A program made the position numbers and the translations under genes. DNA of 35,336 nucleotides, from contig JAZNZV010000083.1 in NCBI GenBank assembly GCA_045595105.1, positions 1 to 35,336 on the forward strand, given 5' to 3'. The notes under the pieces were generated by a model that had not been told where the DNA came from, made no database searches, and saw only the letters and a program-made list of their open reading frames with translations. Below, one piece after another: positions 18,428 through 28,266 of the stretch. This DNA is from Eubacteriales bacterium. GTDB taxonomy: Bacteria > Bacillota > Clostridia > Oscillospirales > SIG627. Positions within the stretch are counted from its first letter, which is position 1, and each line of letters begins with the position of its first letter.

Positions 18428-19864
18428 TTACATATCAAGGCTGTCGTAAAGCTCAAGATACTTTTCGGCAGATTTCTTCCAAGAGAAATCACACCTCATT
18501 ATCTTATATATGAGCTTTGGTGCAAGTTCGCTATTGTAAAGCTCTATTGCCGCCTCACAGCGTTCCTTCAGCTCGTGTGAGGTGTAGCCCGAAAAGGTAA
18601 AACCGTTTCCGTTCATTTTTTTGCCGTCCATCCAGAATGGCTTGATAGAGTCGTAAAGACCGCCCGTTTCTCTTACCACAGGTATTGCTCCGTAGCGTGA
18701 TGCTATCATCTGACTCAGCCCACAGGGCTCACTCTTTGAGGGCATGAGGAAGATATCGGCACCTGCGTATATCCTCTTTGACAGGTCTCTGTCGTAGGTT
18801 ATAAGGGCACGCACCTTGTCGGGGAAGCAGGCTTCAAGATACTTGAAGTATTCCTCGTATCTCGTCTCTCCCTTACCAAGCACAACAAGCTGAACGTCAT
18901 TCTTTGATACTATATCATATATCGCACCTTCGATAATGTCAAGTCCTTTGTGAGAAGCGAGTCTTGTAACAATGGCGAGAAGGGGGGTATCAGGCTTCAA
19001 GGGAAGCGCGCATTCCTTTTGAAGAGCCTCTTTACAAGCCTTCTTGCCCGAGGTGTCCACCGAGGAATAATTTTCTGCTATCACAGGGTCCTTTTTCGGG
19101 TCGTAGTAGTTATAGTCAATACCGTTGAGAATTCCCGACAGCTTGTGAGCGTTTCTTTGAAGCACGGTGTGAAGCCCGTGAGCAAATTCGGGGGTCTGTA
19201 TCTCCTCGGCATACTTGGAGCTGACCGTAGTTACTCTGTCGGCATCTTCGATTGCTCCCTTCATAAGATTGATGCATCCGTCCTGCTCCATAAGGGAGTG
19301 CTCGCTGTCGTTCAGGTCGAAAACGTCACCGAGTATGGCGAAATCGTATTTGCCTTGATATTCTATATTGTGGATAGTAAATACGGTTTTTATTTTCTGA
19401 TATTCCTCACGCCACTTGTAGATGTGGTTGAGATAAATTATCGAAAGCGCCGCCTGCCAGTCGTGAGCGTGGAGCACGTCGGGGAAAAAGTCAAGCTTAT
19501 CGAGTGCCTCCAGAGCTGCCATAGAGAAGAATGCAAAGCGCTCACCGTCGTCGAAGCATCCGTAAAGGGTGTCCCTTTTAAAGTAGTATTCGTTATCTAC
19601 GAAATAATATGTGACCCCGTCCTTTTTAAGGCTGTAAATTCCACAGTACTGACGTCTCCAGGAAAGAGTAACGTAAAACACCGCTTCCTCTTTCATTTTT
19701 TCACGCCATTCGGGCTTTATCTGAGAGTAGAGGGGCATTATCATTCTCACGTCAGCCTCACCCGTTTTGCTGATAGCGGCAGGGAGAGAGCCCATAACGT
19801 CTCCAAGTCCTCCCGTTGCCCCGAAGGGCATAGCCTCGGCACCTACGAATAAAATCTTTTTCAC
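18428..19864 (-). CDS. glgA: Glycogen synthase
   Basis: TGGLGDV, HAHDWQ, TIHNIEYQG, MPSKSEPCGLSQM, TGGLYD. Confidence 0.96.
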   Translation of the reverse strand: MKKILFVGAEAMPFGATGGLGDVMGSLPAAISKTGEADVRMIMPLYSQIKPEWREKMKEEAVFYVTLSWRRQYCGIYSLKKDGVTYYFVDNEYYFKRDTLYGCFDDGERFAFFSMAALEALDKLDFFPDVLHAHDWQAALSIIYLNHIYKWREEYQKIKTVFTIHNIEYQGKYDFAILGDVFDLNDSEHSLMEQDGCINLMKGAIEDADRVTTVSSKYAEEIQTPEFAHGLHTVLQRNAHKLSGILNGIDYNYYDPKKDPVIAENYSSVDTSGKKACKEALQKECALPLKPDTPLLAIVTRLASHKGLDIIEGAIYDIVSKNDVQLVVLGKGETRYEEYFKYLEACFPDKVRALITYDRDLSKRIYAGADIFLMPSKSEPCGLSQMIASRYGAIPVVRETGGLYDSIKPFWMDGKKMNGNGFTFSGYTSHELKERCEAAIELYNSELAPKLIYKIMRCDFSWKKSAEKYLELYDSLDM

Positions 19865-20991
19865 ACAGTTCCTCCTTTTCCGATGAAGAAAGGCATAGTT
19901 TCATGTCCCGACAGCACTCTTCCGTCCTTTATGAGAACGTTTTTGTCGGTTATTACACAATTGATTTCGGCATTGTTTCCAACGTAGGTGTCCTGAAGAA
20001 GCACACTGTTTTTAATAACCGTGCCCTTACCTACGTGCACACCTCTGAAGAGTATGGAGTTCTCTACCTCTCCCTCTATTACGCATCCGTCGGCAACAAG
20101 ACAGTTCTTGACCTTCGCACCCTCAAGATATTTCACAGGTGCGCTGTTACGAAGCTTTGTGTAGATACGGCGGTCCTTTTTGAAAAGACCCTCTCTTGCC
20201 TCTTTGGTGAGAAGCTTCATGGAAATTGCAAAATAGCTTTCAAGAGAAGATATATAAGCGTACCAGCCGTCATAGTGATATGCACGGATAAGCTTTCTCT
20301 TCAGGTTCTTGCGGATAACGTCACGGGTGAAGTCTGTAAAGCCGTGAGATACTGCGGTGGAGATGATCTCTTCAAGGTCACGTCTTGCCATTACCATAAT
20401 GTTTGTGGAAATTTCCACCTCACCCTTTTCGGGCTTAAAGTTTGCAATATCGGTTATAGCGTTGTTTTCGCTCACCGTTACCACCTTGACGTTGGAGTCG
20501 AAGTGTCGGTCCTTGGTGTTAAGCTTCTTTGTTACAATGGTTATATACGCACCCGAATTTATGTGGTCCTCAATAACCTTGCTCATATCGATATTTAAAA
20601 CAACGTCACAGTCAGACATAACTATATAGTCTGCCTGACACTTTGACACAAAGCTACCGGCATTGATTATTGCCTCAAGCCTGCTTTCATAAAGTCTTCC
20701 CGTAACGCCGTTCTGATATGCGGTCACATAGGGAGGAATGAGCTTTATACCTCCCGAGCGTCTTGCCAAATCCCAGTCCTTGCCTGTTCCTATGTGGTCG
20801 AGAAGGGAGCGGTAGTTATAGTGGGTAATAACGCCGATATTCGTTATCCCCGAGTTCACCATATTGGAAAGCGCAAAGTCGATAAGTCTGTAACGGCAAC
20901 CGAAGGGAATGCTCGCCATAGTACGAAGCTTAGTCATTTCGGGTATGCAGTTATCATGAATATTTGAAAAAATAAGTCCTGCAGAAGTCAA
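19861..20991 (-). CDS. glgD: Glucose-1-phosphate adenylyltransferase subunit GlgD
   Basis: ASIPFGCRYRLIDFALSN, SLLDHIGTGKDWDL; lacks LAGG; follows glgC; TTG start after GGAGG. Confidence 0.93.
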   Translation of the reverse strand: MTSAGLIFSNIHDNCIPEMTKLRTMASIPFGCRYRLIDFALSNMVNSGITNIGVITHYNYRSLLDHIGTGKDWDLARRSGGIKLIPPYVTAYQNGVTGRLYESRLEAIINAGSFVSKCQADYIVMSDCDVVLNIDMSKVIEDHINSGAYITIVTKKLNTKDRHFDSNVKVVTVSENNAITDIANFKPEKGEVEISTNIMVMARRDLEEIISTAVSHGFTDFTRDVIRKNLKRKLIRAYHYDGWYAYISSLESYFAISMKLLTKEAREGLFKKDRRIYTKLRNSAPVKYLEGAKVKNCLVADGCVIEGEVENSILFRGVHVGKGTVIKNSVLLQDTYVGNNAEINCVITDKNVLIKDGRVLSGHETMPFFIGKGGTV

Positions 20992-21006
20992 CTCTTGCCA
21001 CCTCCC

Positions 21007-22182
21007 TTAGTTTATCATGGCGCCGGCTTCAACCACGTCGCCATCTTTGATTTTTTTATCTGCACCGATAACGGTAACCTTCGTTTTGTTGCCGTCCTTT
21101 GCTATAACGGCACCCTTGCCGATAACCACGTCTGCATCTATTATTGAATAATAGACCTTGGCATCCTCACATATTACAGTGTTATCCATAATAACGCTGT
21201 TTTCTACAACGGCACCCTTTTCAATTCTCACACCGTGACCGAGAACGCAGTTTTTTACCTTGCCGTAGATTTCACAGCCTGCTGTCATAGTGGTGTTTTC
21301 CACCGAGGCGTCATCGCCTATATACTGAGGGGACATGGCATACTGCCTTGAATAAATGCGCCATGACTCATCCGAAAGGTCGAGAGCGGGGCTGTCACCT
21401 AAAAGGTCCATGTTAGCTTCCCAAAGTGAGGTAATGGTTCCCACGTCCTTCCAATATCCCTCAAAGGGATAAGCGAACATCTTTTCTCCCGCCTTGAGCA
21501 TTGCGGGAATGACGTTCTTACCGAAGTCATAGCTTGAGTCGGGGTCAAGGCTGTCTTCTCTCAGATACTTTTCAAGCTTTGATTTCGTGAATACGTAAAT
21601 GCCCATAGAAGCCTTTGTACTGTCGGGGTTCTTGGGCTTTTCGGAGAATTTGTATATCTCTCCCTCTTCTGTTGCCGTCATTATTCCGAAACGGCTTGCC
21701 TCTTCAATAGGAACGTCGATGACCGCAATGGTACAATCCGCCCCCTTCTTTTTGTGGTAAGAGAGCATCTTTGAATAGTCCATCTTATAAATATGGTCGC
21801 CCGACAGAATAAGCACGTACTCTGCATCGTAGCGGTTGATGAACTCCATATTCTGCCATATGGCGTTGGCTGTACCCTTATACCAATCGGCAGAGCCCTG
21901 CCCCTGATAGGGAGGGAGTATGTGAACGCCTCCGAAGGTACGGTCAAGGTCCCAAGGCAGACCCGTGCCGATGTAATCGTTGAGATATAGAGGCTGATAC
22001 TGAGTCAGTACTCCCACAGTATCAAGTCCCGAGTTTGTGCAGTTTGAGAGAGGGAAGTCAATGATACGGTACTTTCCTCCGTAAGATACCGAGGGTTTCG
22101 CCGTTTTTGTCGTTAGTGCATAAAGTCTGCTTCCTTGTCCTCCTGCCAGAAGCATAACGACGCATTCTTTTTTCTTGAACAT
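21007..22182 (-). CDS. glgC: Glucose-1-phosphate adenylyltransferase
   Basis: [35 protein letters not shown]. Confidence 0.97.
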   Translation of the reverse strand: MFKKKECVVMLLAGGQGSRLYALTTKTAKPSVSYGGKYRIIDFPLSNCTNSGLDTVGVLTQYQPLYLNDYIGTGLPWDLDRTFGGVHILPPYQGQGSADWYKGTANAIWQNMEFINRYDAEYVLILSGDHIYKMDYSKMLSYHKKKGADCTIAVIDVPIEEASRFGIMTATEEGEIYKFSEKPKNPDSTKASMGIYVFTKSKLEKYLREDSLDPDSSYDFGKNVIPAMLKAGEKMFAYPFEGYWKDVGTITSLWEANMDLLGDSPALDLSDESWRIYSRQYAMSPQYIGDDASVENTTMTAGCEIYGKVKNCVLGHGVRIEKGAVVENSVIMDNTVICEDAKVYYSIIDADVVIGKGAVIAKDGNKTKVTVIGADKKIKDGDVVEAGAMIN

Positions 22183-22196
22183 AGCTCCTCCTTGTT

Positions 22197-22284
22197 AGAA
22201 TGATGAATGAAGAATTAAGGACAATTTCGGCAAAGCCGAAATTTACCATTAATTTTGCATTTTATACTTTCCATTCTGCATTCT
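22197..22284. repeat. Heptamer repeats in inverted arrangement around a hairpin
   Basis: AGAATGATGAATGAAGAATT - AATTTCGGC-AAA-GCCGAAATT - AATTTTGCATTTTATACTTTCCATTCTGCATTCT. Confidence 0.65.
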
Positions 22285-24138
22285 ATATATAACTCCGCTC
22301 ATTGGCGGTAAATTTATTCTTATTGCCTCAGAGTAGCCTCTGAGCATACAGGGCTCGGTTTGAAGTGCACCTTTGTTTTCAACGCCACTTCCTCCGAATT
22401 CCTTTTTGTCGCTGTTGAACACCTCTTCCCACTTTCCCTTAAAGGGAACTGCAAGTAAGAAGTCATCTCTTTGTATAGGGGTGAAGTTCAGTATTACTAC
22501 AAGCTCATTGCCTTTTTTATCACGCCGTCTGTATGATGCAATGCTCTGCTCGGCGTTGTCGGCGTCTATCCACTCGAAGCCCGACCAATCTCCGTCGCAC
22601 TCAAAGAGAGGGGGATTTTTCAGATAAAAGTTGAAAAGACTTGCCGAAAACTCCTGAAACATTCTGTGCATTTCATAGTCGAGTAAGAACCACTCGATTT
22701 CGCCCTCGAAGTCCCATTCTCTGAACTGTCCTATTTCACAACCCATAAAGGTCAGCTTTTTGCCGGGGTGTGTCATCATGTAGGTAAGAAAGGCTCTCGC
22801 TCCTGAAAACTTCATTTCATACTCGCCCGGCATTCTGTCAAGAAAGGACTTCTTGCCGTGAACTACCTCGTCGTGAGATATGGGAAGCACGTAGCGTTCA
22901 CTAAATGCATAGGAGAGAGAGAAGTTTATTTTATTGTGATGGTATTTTCTCCATATAGGGTCTTCCTCGGCGTAGGACAGAGTGTCGTTCATCCACCCCA
23001 TATTCCACTTGAGAGTGAAGCCAAGTCCGTCGTTATCAAAGCTCGTTACGTTGGACCACGCAGTTGACTCCTCGGCGATAGTCATAACGTCGGGATAATC
23101 CTCTGCAAGTGCCGAATTCAGTTTTCTGAAGAATGCAAGCGCTTCAAGGCACTTGTTGTCGCCGTATACGTTGGGCACCCATTCTCCGGGGCGTTTATCG
23201 TAATCGAGATAGAGCATAGATGCCACTGCATCAACTCTCAGAGCGTCTATATGATACTTTTCTATCCAGTAATATGCGTTTGATATAAGAAAGCTTTGCA
23301 CCTCTTCACGACCTACGTCAAAGCGTCGTGTGCCCCAGCCCTCATGCTCCATTCGGTCTGCACCTTGATATTCATACAAGGGCTGTCCGTCGAATTCGTA
23401 GAGCCCGTGAGCGTCCTTGGGGAAGTGGGCGGGTACCCAATCGAGAATAACTCCTATTCCCGCCTCGTGCATTTTATCTACAAAAGCCATAAAGTCCTTG
23501 GGGTTTCCAAAGCGTGAGGTGGGGGAGTAGTATCCCGACACCTGATATCCCCACCAGCCGTCAAAGGGAAATTCTGATATGGGCATGAGCTCTATATGAG
23601 TATATCCCATCTCTTTTACGTAGGAAGAAAGCTCCTCGGCAAGCTCTGCATATGACAGGACCTCGCCGTCACGGCGAAGGAAGGAGCCCAGATGCACTTC
23701 ATATATATTGAGTGGCTCCGACATGATTTTTTCACGGGTGAAGTGCTTTTTACGGTAGCCTAAAAAACTTTTATCACGCCATTTGTAGCCATCAATATCA
23801 AAAAGCACGCTTGCCGTCTCGGGGGGATGCTCCGAGAAAAATCCGTAAGGGTCTGCTTTGTATATTTCCTTCCATCCGTTTTTGATGAAAAATTTATATT
23901 TGTCGCCAAAGCTCGGCGTGTCGGAGCAAACCTCCCACACTCCTTTTTCTGTAACCTTGGACATAGGGAGACTGTAAGGGTCCCAGCCGTTGAAGTCGCC
24001 CACCAGTGATACGTAGTTGGCATTTGGTGCCCATACACGAAAGACAAAGGAGTCGCCGTCCTTGTGTGCTCCCAGGTATTCAAAGGCTCTTCTCGACGTT
24101 CCCTGATGGAAATAAAAGGGTGCAAGATTGTTGTCCAT
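22249..24138 (-). CDS. glgB: 1,4-alpha-glucan branching enzyme
   Basis: FRVWAPNA, DWVPAHFP, LRVDAVASMLY, AEEST, SHDEVVHGK; AGGAG SD before ATG 24138. Confidence 0.97.
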   Translation of the reverse strand: MDNNLAPFYFHQGTSRRAFEYLGAHKDGDSFVFRVWAPNANYVSLVGDFNGWDPYSLPMSKVTEKGVWEVCSDTPSFGDKYKFFIKNGWKEIYKADPYGFFSEHPPETASVLFDIDGYKWRDKSFLGYRKKHFTREKIMSEPLNIYEVHLGSFLRRDGEVLSYAELAEELSSYVKEMGYTHIELMPISEFPFDGWWGYQVSGYYSPTSRFGNPKDFMAFVDKMHEAGIGVILDWVPAHFPKDAHGLYEFDGQPLYEYQGADRMEHEGWGTRRFDVGREEVQSFLISNAYYWIEKYHIDALRVDAVASMLYLDYDKRPGEWVPNVYGDNKCLEALAFFRKLNSALAEDYPDVMTIAEESTAWSNVTSFDNDGLGFTLKWNMGWMNDTLSYAEEDPIWRKYHHNKINFSLSYAFSERYVLPISHDEVVHGKKSFLDRMPGEYEMKFSGARAFLTYMMTHPGKKLTFMGCEIGQFREWDFEGEIEWFLLDYEMHRMFQEFSASLFNFYLKNPPLFECDGDWSGFEWIDADNAEQSIASYRRRDKKGNELVVILNFTPIQRDDFLLAVPFKGKWEEVFNSDKKEFGGSGVENKGALQTEPCMLRGYSEAIRINLPPMSGVIYRMQNGKYKMQN

Positions 24139-24197
24139 ACAAAGTCTCCTTGAAAGAATAATCAATATAATAATTATATTATACCCTCATTATAATT

Positions 24198-24225
24198 ATT
24201 ATAGCACATAATACAAATTTTACAA
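24198..24225 (-). promoter_or_regulatory. Probable promoter of the glg operon
   Basis: TTGTAA-16-TATAAT with extended TG; further TATAAT copies downstream. Confidence 0.6.
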
Positions 24226-24341
24226 CGAGTCAAAAGGATTTTTTGTCAAATTTTACCTGTTTTGTGTAAATCTACACAAAATGAGAGAAACAAAAAACAG
24301 CTTTTTGCAACACTTTTAAAAAAACTGTTGTTATTTTACAC

Positions 24342-24377
24342 AAAAAAATGAAAGGTAGTAAGCTACCTTTCATTTTT
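24342..24377 (-). terminator. Terminator after the FAD oxidoreductase
   Basis: AAAAATGAAAGGTAG-4 nt-CTACCTTTCATTTTT with a U-tract. Confidence 0.85.
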
Positions 24378-24384
24378 ATAAATC

Positions 24385-25761
24385 TTATTTTTCGTATTTT
24401 TCAACAATATCTCTTGCGACAAACACACCTGATGCCGATGCGTGAGAGAGTGAATGTGTAACTCCTGAGCAGTCTCCGATAACGTAGAGTCCACGGTGCT
24501 TTGTTTCAAGGTGGGAGTTGATTTCAACCTCCATGTTGTAGAACTTGACCTCCACGCCGTAAAGGAGAGTGTCATCGTTTGCAGTACCGGGGGCAATCTT
24601 GTCAAGAGCGTATATCATCTCGATTATTCCGTCAAGTATACGCTTTGGCATGACAAGGCTCAGGTCACCCGGTGTTGCCATAAGGGTGGGAGTGATGAAT
24701 GCTTCTTCAATTCTGCTGATCGTTGAACGCTGACCACGTATCAGGTCACCGAATCTCTGAACGATGACTCCTCCGCCAAGCATATTGGAAAGCCTTACTA
24801 TACTTTCACCGTAGCCGTTGGAGTCCTTGAAGGGCTCGGAGAAGTGCTTTGAAACAAGAAGCGCAAAGTTGGTGTTCTCTGTTCTGAGACTGGGGTCCTC
24901 GTAGCTGTGTCCGTTAACGGTAACTATTCCGTTTGTGTTTTCGTTTACTACCGCTCCGTAAGGGTTCATACAGAAGGTACGCACAAGGTCCTGAAACTTC
25001 TCTGTTCTATATACTATCTTGCTTTCGTAAAGCTTGTCGGTAATATGTGAGAATACCTCTGCAGGAAGTTCTACTCTCACACCGATGTCAACTCTGTTGG
25101 AGCGTGTAGGAATGTCAAGGTCGTGACAGACCTGTTCCATCCATTTACTACCGCTTCTGCCTGCCGATACGATACATTCCTTTGAGGTGTAGCTACCCTT
25201 TTCGGTTACTGCCTCATAGCCGTCGTCGGTCTTGTTTATCTTCTCTACGGGAGTGTTGAAGAAGAAGTCAACCTTGTCCTTCAGCTCTGCATAAATGTTT
25301 CCGAGGACCTTGTAGTTAATGTCGGTGCCAAGATGTCTGACGGATGCATCGAGGAGATGAAGTCCGTTCTGGACACAAATTTTCTTGAACTCGGAATTAG
25401 CCGTTGAGAAGAGTCTTGTGCCCTCTCCTCCATGAGAAAGGTTTATCTCGTCAACGTATCTCATGAGCTCAAGAGCTTCGTTCTTTCCTATATATTCGTG
25501 GAGTGTTCCTCCGAATTGGTTAGTTATATTATATTTTCCGTCGGAGAATGCTCCCGCACCTCCGAAGCCGTTCATAATAGCACAGGTCTTACACCCGATA
25601 CAGGTCTTTATCTTCTTGCCGTCAATGGGACATTTTCTTTTTTCGAGAGGATTGCCCGATTCAAAAACCGCAATTTTCAGGTTATCCTTTAATTTCACAA
25701 GCTCGAAAGCAGAAAAAATACCACCCGGACCTGCTCCTATTATTATAACGTCGTATTTCAT
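24385..25761 (-). CDS. NAD(P)/FAD-dependent oxidoreductase (uncharacterised)
   Basis: IIGAGPGG, GFGGAGAFSDGK, RTFCMNP, IGDCSG; GAAAGG SD before ATG 25761. Confidence 0.88.
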   Translation of the reverse strand: MKYDVIIIGAGPGGIFSAFELVKLKDNLKIAVFESGNPLEKRKCPIDGKKIKTCIGCKTCAIMNGFGGAGAFSDGKYNITNQFGGTLHEYIGKNEALELMRYVDEINLSHGGEGTRLFSTANSEFKKICVQNGLHLLDASVRHLGTDINYKVLGNIYAELKDKVDFFFNTPVEKINKTDDGYEAVTEKGSYTSKECIVSAGRSGSKWMEQVCHDLDIPTRSNRVDIGVRVELPAEVFSHITDKLYESKIVYRTEKFQDLVRTFCMNPYGAVVNENTNGIVTVNGHSYEDPSLRTENTNFALLVSKHFSEPFKDSNGYGESIVRLSNMLGGGVIVQRFGDLIRGQRSTISRIEEAFITPTLMATPGDLSLVMPKRILDGIIEMIYALDKIAPGTANDDTLLYGVEVKFYNMEVEINSHLETKHRGLYVIGDCSGVTHSLSHASASGVFVARDIVEKYEK

Positions 25762-25783
25762 AAAGCTCACACCTTTCCTTGTC

Positions 25784-25812
25784 ATTCTAACATATAAACA
25801 TTTTCTTTTCAA
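25784..25812 (-). promoter_or_regulatory. SigA promoter of the oxidoreductase
   Basis: TTGAAA-17-TAGAAT with extended TG. Confidence 0.7.
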
Positions 25813-25821
25813 GTATCAATA

Positions 25822-25850
25822 TTGACAAAAGCGTAAATAAATGATAGGAT
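25822..25850 (+). promoter_or_regulatory. SigA promoter of the aminotransferase
   Basis: TTGACA-17-TAGGAT with extended TG. Confidence 0.7.
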
Positions 25851-25881
25851 AAAACATACATATTTTGAAAGGAATGATAGT

Positions 25882-27063
25882 ATGGTTTCAGAAAAAATGA
25901 AAGGGCTCGGCTCCAACCGTTCGGTTATCCGAGAGCTTTTTGAATATGGAAAAAAGAGAGCGGCAGAGGTAGGGGCTGAAAACGTTTATGACTTCAGTCT
26001 GGGGAACCCCAGCGTGCCCGCTCCTAAAAGCGTTGAAGAAAAAATAAAGAGTCTCCTTGCTACCGACCCCACAGTGCTTCACGGCTACACCTCGGCACAG
26101 GGTGATGCAGGAGTGAGAGGGACTATTGCCAATAACCTTAAAAAGCGCTTCGGCGCATCGGTTTCCCCCGACTTTATCTATATGACTTGTGGTGCGGCGG
26201 CAAGCCTTACCATATCACTCAAGGCTCTCGCCGAAGAAGGAGACGAGTTCATTACCTTTACACCCTTTTTCCCCGAGTACAGAGTTTTCGTTGAAATGAC
26301 AGGCTCCAAGCTTGTTCCCGTAAAGACAATTGATAAAACCTTTCAGGTGGACCGTGACGCCTTCGAAAAGGCAATTACTCCTCACACAAAGGGAATTATA
26401 GTAAATACCCCCAATAACCCCTCGGGCGTTATACTTAATGAAGACAGCGTCAAGGCTATCGTTGAGATTCTCGAAAAGAAGCAACGTGAGTACGGACACG
26501 ATATTTTCCTCATCTCCGACGAGCCCTACCGTGAGCTTGTCTATTCTGACACCGAGAACCCCGTCTTCTTAAACCTTTACTCCAACACTATCCTTTGTTA
26601 TTCTTATTCAAAGTCGCTTTCTCTCCCCGGTGAGAGAATAGGCTATATCGCCCTTGGCGACTCAATGGCAGGTAAGAGCGACGTTTACGCCGCAGTATGC
26701 GGTGCAGGAAGAGCTCTCGGCTTTGTGTGCGCTCCCTCTATGATGCAGAGAGTAGCCGCTGCCTGCGACGGTGAAACTGCCGACGTTTCGGTTTACCGTG
26801 AGAACAGGGATCTTCTTTATAAATCTCTTACCGAAATGGGATACGACTGCGTTTATCCCGATGGTGCTTTCTATCTCTTTGTAAAGACTCCCACAGCAAA
26901 CGCAAAGGACTTTTCGGACAAGGCTTGCGAGTATGACCTTCTCGTAGTTCCCGCCGACTCCTTCGGTGTTGAAGGCTACGTGAGAATTGCGTACTGCGTA
27001 TCCACCGATATGATAAAAAGAGCTCTGCCTAAGTTCGGTGAGCTTATAAAGGAATATAAATAA
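25882..27063 (+). CDS. PLP-dependent class I (aspartate-type) aminotransferase
   Basis: FSLGNP, NTPNNPSG, SDEPY, SYSKSLSLPGERIG. Confidence 0.93.
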   Translation: MVSEKMKGLGSNRSVIRELFEYGKKRAAEVGAENVYDFSLGNPSVPAPKSVEEKIKSLLATDPTVLHGYTSAQGDAGVRGTIANNLKKRFGASVSPDFIYMTCGAAASLTISLKALAEEGDEFITFTPFFPEYRVFVEMTGSKLVPVKTIDKTFQVDRDAFEKAITPHTKGIIVNTPNNPSGVILNEDSVKAIVEILEKKQREYGHDIFLISDEPYRELVYSDTENPVFLNLYSNTILCYSYSKSLSLPGERIGYIALGDSMAGKSDVYAAVCGAGRALGFVCAPSMMQRVAAACDGETADVSVYRENRDLLYKSLTEMGYDCVYPDGAFYLFVKTPTANAKDFSDKACEYDLLVVPADSFGVEGYVRIAYCVSTDMIKRALPKFGELIKEYK

Positions 27064-27090
27064 CAAAAAGAGCCGAAAGGCTCTTTTTTG
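27064..27090. terminator. Bidirectional terminator
   Basis: AAAAAGAGCC-GAAA-GGCTCTTTTTT between convergent genes. Confidence 0.88.
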
Positions 27091-27091
27091 T

Positions 27092-27928
27092 TTATCTGTA
27101 AACGTGAAATCCGTTGCCCACTATTTGCTGAGACTCAGAATATATTATAAATACGCTGGGGTCAATCTCCTCTATTTTTCGCTGAAAGAGAGGTATCTCC
27201 GAGTCCTTCAGGGCACAGATAAGCACCTGCCTTTCTCCTCCCGTGTACGCTCCCTTGCCCTCGAGAAGCGTAATGCCTCGGGGAGAGGTGGAAACAAGGC
27301 AGCTTGAAATCTCTTCGCCCTTAGACGTAATGACGAAGGCAAGCTTTGAAATGTTCATTTTTGAAATGAGGAAGTCTATTGCAAAGGTAGAAACCGCAAG
27401 AGCGATAATTCCGTAAAGTGCAAGGTCGAACTCACGGAAGACCATGAGAGAAAGAAGAATTACGGCACTGTCAACAACGAGAAGCAGTTTGCCGATGGCA
27501 ACGCTCGGACGGTAATGCTGAATGAGACGGGCTGCAATGTCGGTTCCTCCCGTGGACGCTCCCGCAAGAAGAGTGATGCCTATTCCCACTCCGTAGAACA
27601 CCGAACCGCATATGGTGGCAAGGACAATATCGTTTGTAATGGGTGGCACGTAGGACAAAAGCTCAACGAAAAGAGTCAGCGAAAATGCGCCTACAAGAGT
27701 GTGAAAAACAAACTTTTTCCCCAAAATAAAGAGAGCAATAACAAGGAGAGCTACATTTATCACGGCGTAAGTTACACCGGGCTGAATACCAAGAGTGTGA
27801 TAAACAACGGTAGCCAGACCCGAGACTCCTCCGCCTACAACCTTAGACGGCAGATAAAAGACAGATACTCCGATAGAGGTGAGAAAGGTTCCCACTATTG
27901 TTAAAATAAGCGTTTTTATCTTTGACAT
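27092..27928 (-). CDS. YitT family membrane protein
   Basis: GGVSGL, STGGTDI, RGIT..EGKGAYTG, IDPSVFI, V.GNGF. Confidence 0.9.
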   Translation of the reverse strand: MSKIKTLILTIVGTFLTSIGVSVFYLPSKVVGGGVSGLATVVYHTLGIQPGVTYAVINVALLVIALFILGKKFVFHTLVGAFSLTLFVELLSYVPPITNDIVLATICGSVFYGVGIGITLLAGASTGGTDIAARLIQHYRPSVAIGKLLLVVDSAVILLSLMVFREFDLALYGIIALAVSTFAIDFLISKMNISKLAFVITSKGEEISSCLVSTSPRGITLLEGKGAYTGGERQVLICALKDSEIPLFQRKIEEIDPSVFIIYSESQQIVGNGFHVYR

Positions 27929-27959
27929 AGACTAAATTCCCTTTCGTGTAGTACACGCT

Positions 27960-27988
27960 ATTTTACACCATTACCGCCGAAAAATCAA
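27960..27988 (-). promoter_or_regulatory. Probable promoter of the YitT gene
   Basis: TTGATT-17-TAAAAT. Confidence 0.6.
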
Positions 27989-28098
27989 GCGGTGTTTTTC
28001 ATGATACGCCGAATAATTTGCCGAGAGAGACGAAAAATACAACAAATTTTACGGATTTTCCTCTTTTGACAGGAATGACTGCTTGAATTTTTAAATGC

Positions 28099-28127
28099 TT
28101 GACATATTGTGGCGTTTGTGTTAGAAT
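28099..28127 (+). promoter_or_regulatory. SigA promoter of leader-metY-metA
   Basis: TTGACA-17-TAGAAT with extended TG. Confidence 0.85.
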
Positions 28128-28157
28128 TAACTATCTTTAAGGAGAGGAGAAAAAGTT

Positions 28158-28235
28158 ATGATGATGCTTCGAATGTGCAACTCAAAAAATATGCTTTCTC
28201 CCTGTCTTAGAATGCCCCAAGGGGCAAAGGTATAG
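28158..28235 (+). CDS. Putative Met/Cys-rich leader peptide MMMLRMCNSKNMLSPCLRMPQGAKV (25 aa)
   Basis: Strong SD AAGGAGAGGAG 8 nt upstream; 6 Met and 2 Cys codons; lies between the promoter and a terminator before metY. Confidence 0.8.
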   Translation: MMMLRMCNSKNMLSPCLRMPQGAKV

Positions 28236-28241
28236 CTATTT

Positions 28242-28266
28242 AAGGCAGGGGAGACCTGCTTTTTTT
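28242..28266 (+). terminator. Attenuator terminator in the metY leader
   Basis: GGCAGG-GGAGA-CCTGCT then TTTTTT; its 5' arm overlaps an alternative pairing with 28197-28213. Confidence 0.75.

Noticed and set aside
14604-20598. Antisense ORFs of 225-300 aa within the glycogen operon
   Set aside because: Opposite well-supported genes; explained by codon bias
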